The notes under the pieces are model-generated. The model was given only the letters and a program-made list of their open reading frames with translations, was not told where the DNA came from and searched no databases. A stretch of DNA of 50,213 bases, taken from NCBI GenBank assembly GCA_039683575.1, contig JBDKRC010000277.1, positions 1-50,213 on the forward strand. The letters run 5' to 3'. Shown piece by piece: positions 45,677 to 50,213 of this stretch. The position numbers and the translations under genes were made by a program. This DNA is from Armatimonadia bacterium. GTDB lineage: Bacteria; Armatimonadota; Zipacnadia; Zipacnadales; UBA11051. Positions within the stretch are counted from its first letter, which is position 1; each line of letters opens with the position of its first letter.

Positions 45677-46565
45677 TTTCGAGCTGATGGGCGCAACCGC
45701 CGGTGATGTCATCGCCAAAGACGTGGCCTGCGACTGGTTGCGGTCGGCAGGTTTCGCGCCTGAGGTAGCGATGGTCAGCCCCGGTGCCGCCGGGGAGATC
45801 GCCACCGCCGACGTTGTGCCGGAAGACTATGACACCCTGCTCTTCGTCTGCGGCCCTATCGGGGATGGTCCCCCGCTGAACGAGTTCCTGGACCGTTTCC
45901 CCCATGTCCGCAAGTTCGCACTCAACGTCACGCTACTGCAACGCCGCGCTGACTGGAACCCCTTTGTGGCGATCGTCGAGAGGGACAGCCACGACCGTGT
46001 GAATCCCGACATCACCTTCGCTGCCCCCAACTCGGCCGTTCCCGTCGTGGGTCTCATCTATGTTGGCCCGCAGGAGGAATACCCCACACACCGCCACGAC
46101 CTCGCCGAGCAAGCCTTCACCGCTGCTCTTCGGGGCCGCGACATTGCCGCAATGCCTATAGACACCAGATTGGATGTCAACAAATACGGTCTCACCAGTC
46201 CCGGCCAGGTAGAGGCGGCCATCGCCAAGATGGACGCCATACTCACCACCCGCCTCCATGGCGCAGTCCTGGCGCTCCGCCGCCATGTGCCGCCGGTAGT
46301 CATAGACTCCATACCCGGCGGAACCAAGGTACTCGCCCAGATGGAGCGGATCGGGTGGCCCCTGGTCTTCCATACCGGCGACCTCGACTTCGCCAGGGTC
46401 TCCGCCGCTCTCGATTTCGCCCTGACGCCGGAAGCGCGGGAGTTGGCCGCCCAATGCGCCAGTAAGGCGGCTGAAGCGACCGCTGCCCTGCGGCGTGAGC
46501 TACTCGAGGCAATGGCTGCCGAAACACCCGCACCCCATACGGAGATGGCGCATGCACATAAGTGA
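45642..46565 (+). CDS. Polysaccharide pyruvyl transferase-like protein
   Basis: GWFSF..GATAGD, VERD, PDI, ILTTRLHGAVLAL...VP. GGAGGG RBS; overlaps the upstream stop. Confidence 0.75.
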   Translation: MSKHALVMGWFSFELMGATAGDVIAKDVACDWLRSAGFAPEVAMVSPGAAGEIATADVVPEDYDTLLFVCGPIGDGPPLNEFLDRFPHVRKFALNVTLLQRRADWNPFVAIVERDSHDRVNPDITFAAPNSAVPVVGLIYVGPQEEYPTHRHDLAEQAFTAALRGRDIAAMPIDTRLDVNKYGLTSPGQVEAAIAKMDAILTTRLHGAVLALRRHVPPVVIDSIPGGTKVLAQMERIGWPLVFHTGDLDFARVSAALDFALTPEARELAAQCASKAAEATAALRRELLEAMAAETPAPHTEMAHAHK

Positions 46566-48021
46566 CCTTCAAACTCGGGTCGAGGCTGGACGCGCCCGGG
46601 TCGAAGCATGGGTTACCTGGGAAGACGCGGCCAGGGAGCCTCTTCGTCTGTTCGTCGAGACCGACGCGCGGTTCGCCGATGCCCTCTGGGCCGACCCCAA
46701 TGGTCTGGCAGTAGCGGCTCTCCTGCCAGCCTGGCACGCAGGCGAGCGTCGCCTCCTGGTAGACGGTACTCTCTGTCCCATACTCCGCGATAATCTCAAA
46801 GCCGCTTGCGAAACCCTTCGCGCCTGGTATCCCGAATCGGGTCCGCCGCCCGCTCTGGAAACCTCGCAAGGCTTCAAACCGCGTTACCCGGCCCAAGGGC
46901 AGGCCGTCTCCTTCCTCTCCGGGGGCATCGATTCGCTGGCTACCCTCCGCTCAAACAAACTGTGCCTGCCTCCCGACCACCCCGGGGCCATCCGCGCGTC
47001 AATCCTCGTGGACGTGATACGGGAGCCCGGCCTGAGCGAAGAAGAGACCGCTCGCCAACACGCAAAGAGAGTGGCGGTCAGCTCGGCGGTCGCAGCGGAG
47101 GCCGGCATCGAGGCTATCTCCGTCAAGACGAACCTCCTGCAGCTCGATCACGACGGCTGGTTCTTCAGCTTCAGGTGGCACGGAGCCGTGTTTGCGGCCA
47201 CATCTCATCTGCTTGGTAAGCGCTTCGCCAAGGCCTACATCGCCTCAAGCTACACTCCCGCTCTTCTGCACCCTTGGGGATCACATCCCCTACTTGATCC
47301 CTACTACAGCGCCGGTAACGTCCAGATTGAGCACCATGGCCTGCATATGTCCCGCTTTGAGAAAGTTGAGCTGGTCGCGGACTGGCCCGTCGCTCTGCAG
47401 AATATCCTTGTCTGTCAGGGCCAGGACAGTGGCGCGACCAACTGCGGAGCCTGCGAGAAATGCGTCAGGACCATGACTGCCCTAGTGGCTTACGGCAAAC
47501 TACAGGAGTGCCATGCCTTCCCGCTTGATGATGTGTCTCCCGAACTCCTGCATACCGTCCAGGAATATGAGATGATCTGGAGTGAGCACAATATCGCCTT
47601 CTATGAGGAGATGATACCGGCGCTCACCGACCGCGGGCGGGATGACTTGGTTGAGGTAATCCAGGGCTTCCGGCTGTGGCTCGCGAGCAAGCAAGAGAGC
47701 AGGGGGCTGACACCGGGGCTGCTCGCCCACTCGCTGCCTATTGGGGCTCACGCTGCACTGGTGGATCGGGGCCACCCCGGCTGCTTCGCCCAACCCGAGC
47801 GCAGCGGCCGTTACTGGGGCATGCCGTCCGACGACCTCACTGCCGTACGCGAACTCGAGGCCCTGCGGGAATCCGGAGCCGACTACCTCGTATTTGGTCC
47901 CGAGACCTTCTGGTGGCTGGACTACTACGCACAACTCGGCGCGCACCTGCGCTCAAAGTACAAGTGCATCCAGCAGGACAAGCGCTGTCAGGTCTTTGAC
48001 CTGCGCGTCGCGCCGGATTGA
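46552..48021 (+). CDS. PP-loop (N-type ATP pyrophosphatase)-like protein with Cys4 motif and appended C-terminal module
   Basis: FLSGGIDS, WGSHPLLDP, SRFEKV, VC...NCGACEKCVRT. GGAG RBS; overlaps the upstream stop. Confidence 0.65.
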   Translation: MHISDLQTRVEAGRARVEAWVTWEDAAREPLRLFVETDARFADALWADPNGLAVAALLPAWHAGERRLLVDGTLCPILRDNLKAACETLRAWYPESGPPPALETSQGFKPRYPAQGQAVSFLSGGIDSLATLRSNKLCLPPDHPGAIRASILVDVIREPGLSEEETARQHAKRVAVSSAVAAEAGIEAISVKTNLLQLDHDGWFFSFRWHGAVFAATSHLLGKRFAKAYIASSYTPALLHPWGSHPLLDPYYSAGNVQIEHHGLHMSRFEKVELVADWPVALQNILVCQGQDSGATNCGACEKCVRTMTALVAYGKLQECHAFPLDDVSPELLHTVQEYEMIWSEHNIAFYEEMIPALTDRGRDDLVEVIQGFRLWLASKQESRGLTPGLLAHSLPIGAHAALVDRGHPGCFAQPERSGRYWGMPSDDLTAVRELEALRESGADYLVFGPETFWWLDYYAQLGAHLRSKYKCIQQDKRCQVFDLRVAPD

Positions 48022-48053
48022 ACGCTCTACCAATCTCCTCCAAAGGCGGCACT

Positions 48054-49235
48054 ATGGCGCAGTCTTCAGGCAAAATCGTCGTCCTCGGCATGATGGGGCG
48101 CTGTCCCTTCGGCGGCCAGACCTGGCTGTATCTCAACTGGCTCCGGGGCTTGCAGCACCTCGGCTTTGACGTGTGGTATGTGGAAGACGACACCGTCTGG
48201 CCCTTCGACCCCGAGCGCAACGAGATCACCGACGACTGCGCCTACGCGGTGCGCCATATCGCCGACTGCATGGCGCGCATCGGCCTGGGTGGCAAGTGGG
48301 CCTTTCGCCTCGCCGACCGCACCGGCGCGTGCTGGGGGCTGACCGCCGACGAGCTGAACGATCTATACCGTTCCTGTGATGCGCTGCTCAACATCGTAGG
48401 CGCCACCGACCTTCGTGACGAACACATGGCCGCCCCGCTCCGTGCCTACGTCGAGACCGATCCGGTGACAGCCGAACTGCGCCTCGCCAACGGTGACGAA
48501 CACACCCGCCTGGCCTTTGCTGCTCACGACCTCATCTTCACCTATGGCGAAAACTACGGGGCCCCCGACTGCGGCGTGCCCCTGAACGGCCTCGAAAGCC
48601 TCTACCGGCCCACCCGCCAACCCATTGACCTCGACCTCTGGCCGTCGGCCTACGACGAGAACTGCACGGCCTTCACTACCATCGGCAACTACCGCCAAAA
48701 CGGCGCTGACGTCCAGTACGCTGGCGAGACCTACCACTGGAGCAAGCACCACGAGTGGGAGCGGTTCATGGCCCTGCCTGGTCTCACCTCGCAGCCCTTC
48801 CACGTTGCCATGAGGGTAGACGAACCCGACGACCTGCGCCAGTTGGAGGCCAACGGCTGGTCCATAGCCTCACCGGTCGCAATGTCCCTGGACATCTTCG
48901 GCGCGTACCCCGCCTTTATCCGCAACTCGCGAGCCGAGTGGACCGTCGCCAAGGACCAGAATATCCGTCTGCGCAGCGGGTGGTTCAGCGAGCGCGATGT
49001 CTGCTACCTCGCCTCCGGCAAACCAGTCATCGCCCAAGACACCGGCTTTGGCAACATCCTCCCCACTGGCGAGGGCCTGTTCTCCTTTTCCACCATGGAC
49101 GAGGTACTGGCCGCCGTGGACGCCATCAACAGCGACTACCGCCGCCACTGCCACGCCGCGCGGGCCCTGGCGGAGGAGTACTTCGACTGCCGCAAGCTAG
49201 CGGCAAAGCTGGTCGCTGAACTGGGACTGACCTGA
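48054..49235 (+). CDS. Putative glycosyltransferase (GT-B-like, uncharacterised family)
   Basis: GGQTWLYLNWLRGLQHLGFDVWYVE, TDP, YGENYG, LRSGWFSER..CYLASGKPVIAQDTGF, Y.RHC.AARALAEEYFD. Confidence 0.7.
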   Translation: MAQSSGKIVVLGMMGRCPFGGQTWLYLNWLRGLQHLGFDVWYVEDDTVWPFDPERNEITDDCAYAVRHIADCMARIGLGGKWAFRLADRTGACWGLTADELNDLYRSCDALLNIVGATDLRDEHMAAPLRAYVETDPVTAELRLANGDEHTRLAFAAHDLIFTYGENYGAPDCGVPLNGLESLYRPTRQPIDLDLWPSAYDENCTAFTTIGNYRQNGADVQYAGETYHWSKHHEWERFMALPGLTSQPFHVAMRVDEPDDLRQLEANGWSIASPVAMSLDIFGAYPAFIRNSRAEWTVAKDQNIRLRSGWFSERDVCYLASGKPVIAQDTGFGNILPTGEGLFSFSTMDEVLAAVDAINSDYRRHCHAARALAEEYFDCRKLAAKLVAELGLT

Positions 49236-49250
49236 TCGGAGCCACCGCTC

Positions 49251-49967
49251 ATGCCGAAGTTCCTCATCTTCAATGCCGATGATTTCGGCGCCTCCACCGG
49301 CGTCAACCGCGGCATCATCGAAGCCCACTCGCGCGGTGTGGTGACCAGCACCAGCCTGACGGTCACCGGCCACGCGGTCGCCGACGCCATAGCCCTCAGC
49401 CGCGACTACCCCGAACTCGCCATCGGCCTGCACTGGGATGTGCTGGGCGAAGACGAGAGGCAGTTCGACACCAGCGACCTCGGGGCCGTCCGCGACGAAT
49501 TCCACCGCCAGTCGGACGACTTCCAGCACCTCCTGGGCCGCCTGCCCACTCACGTCGACTCCCACCGCCATCTCCATCTCGAAGAGCATCTGACGCCACT
49601 CTTCCGCGAGCTCGTGCGCCCCCTGGGGGTGCCACTGCGCGGCGACGGGCAAGTTCGCTTTGTGGGCGGCTTCTATGCTCAATGGGAGTGGATGGTCACC
49701 AACCTCGAGTATGTGAGCGTTCCGTTTCTCAAGCGCATGCTGGCCGAGGAGGTGGGGGAGGGCTGGACGGAGTTCTCATGTCATCCGGGGTACCCGTCCC
49801 CGGACTATCAGGCCGTCTACCTCCGCGAGCGCGAGACCGAAGTGCAGACCCTGACTGACCCCGCCATTCAGGATGCCCTGCGGGTCTTGGACATTCAGCT
49901 CGTCAGCTACGCTGACTGGGCCAGACTGGCCGTGCCTTCTCCCTCGCCCGCCGCCGCCGAACCCTGA
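49251..49967 (+). CDS. ChbG/HpnK/YdjC family carbohydrate deacetylase
   Basis: IFNADDFG, VNRGI..AH..GVVTSTS, IGLH, PTHVDSHRH, EFSCHPG, RETE...LTDP. Confidence 0.92.
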   Translation: MPKFLIFNADDFGASTGVNRGIIEAHSRGVVTSTSLTVTGHAVADAIALSRDYPELAIGLHWDVLGEDERQFDTSDLGAVRDEFHRQSDDFQHLLGRLPTHVDSHRHLHLEEHLTPLFRELVRPLGVPLRGDGQVRFVGGFYAQWEWMVTNLEYVSVPFLKRMLAEEVGEGWTEFSCHPGYPSPDYQAVYLRERETEVQTLTDPAIQDALRVLDIQLVSYADWARLAVPSPSPAAAEP

Positions 49968-50047
49968 TCTGCGCGCAGGCGTCAGGGAGCCTGCAACCAA
50001 GACGAATAAGCACAATGATGGTTGTGACGAAGCAAAGGAGTATCACG

Positions 50048-50101
50048 ATGCGCAGGGGTTTCACGCTTATTGAGCTACTGGTGGTCATTGCGATCATGTA
50101 G
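50048..50101 (+). pseudogene. Truncated prepilin-type N-terminal cleavage/methylation domain gene
   Basis: AAGGAG RBS, then MRRGFTLIELLVVIAIM*. The G|FTLIE motif is perfect, but the frame stops after 17 codons, mid hydrophobic helix. Confidence 0.8.
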
Positions 50102-50213
50102 CCGCTGAACAACCGGCCCTTCTCGTGCGTTGAAGTTCAGCTTTGACTTTCGGAATCTGCTTTTTTGCCGGATTTTGGCTCCAGAAGCCCTCTACAGCCC
50201 GTTTCGCGCCCCT
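50098..50213. mobile_element. Probable terminus of an IS5-family-like element inserted in the prepilin gene (truncated by window end)
   Basis: GTAGCCGCTGAACAAC starts exactly where prepilin similarity breaks. G-N8-GAACAA matches the register of IS5-group inverted repeats as I recall them, and the downstream sequence is less GC-rich. Confidence 0.5.

Noticed and set aside
1-50213. Whole window as a composite transposon
   Set aside because: The two IS ends appear to be from different families and share no sequence; assembly breaks at repeats explain them more simply.
1-50213. CRISPR array, tRNA or rRNA genes
   Set aside because: No regularly spaced repeats or recognisable structural RNA sequences were seen; the window is almost fully protein-coding.

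Overview
GC-rich bacterial window of about 30 CDSs, bounded on both sides by what look like insertion-sequence ends, so it is probably an IS-broken contig. The gene style (large signal-peptide CBM/beta-helix proteins, an MRRGFTLIELLVVIAI prepilin start) suggests Armatimonadota or a similar polysaccharide-degrading lineage; this is inference only. From left to right: (1) the C-terminus and right end of an IS1202/ISNCY-type element; (2) two tandem QueG/RdhA-like Fe-S proteins, an SPL-like radical SAM enzyme and a secreted beta-helix protein; (3) a convergent, tightly coupled operon of Gfo oxidoreductase, SDR, a short glycyl-radical enzyme (GRE), its activase and a cytoplasmic GH28-like protein; (4) a nine-gene sugar catabolism operon; (5) an M81 peptidase and OCD pair; (6) two very large secreted carbohydrate-active proteins flanking an orphan VanX-type dipeptidase; (7) a mini-NRPS (oxalate-CoA-ligase-like A-PCP, C-A-PCP-TE, PPTase) divergent from (8) a glycan locus (GH-GT2 fusion, pyruvyltransferase-like, PP-loop protein, GT, YdjC deacetylase); (9) a prepilin-type gene cut after 17 codons by a probable IS5-type end. 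The best candidates for undescribed biology are the radical/corrinoid chemistry block (226-12587) and the NRPS plus glycan-modification block (35680-49967). No rRNA, tRNA or CRISPR array was seen. All family calls come from motif recognition by eye, not database searches.
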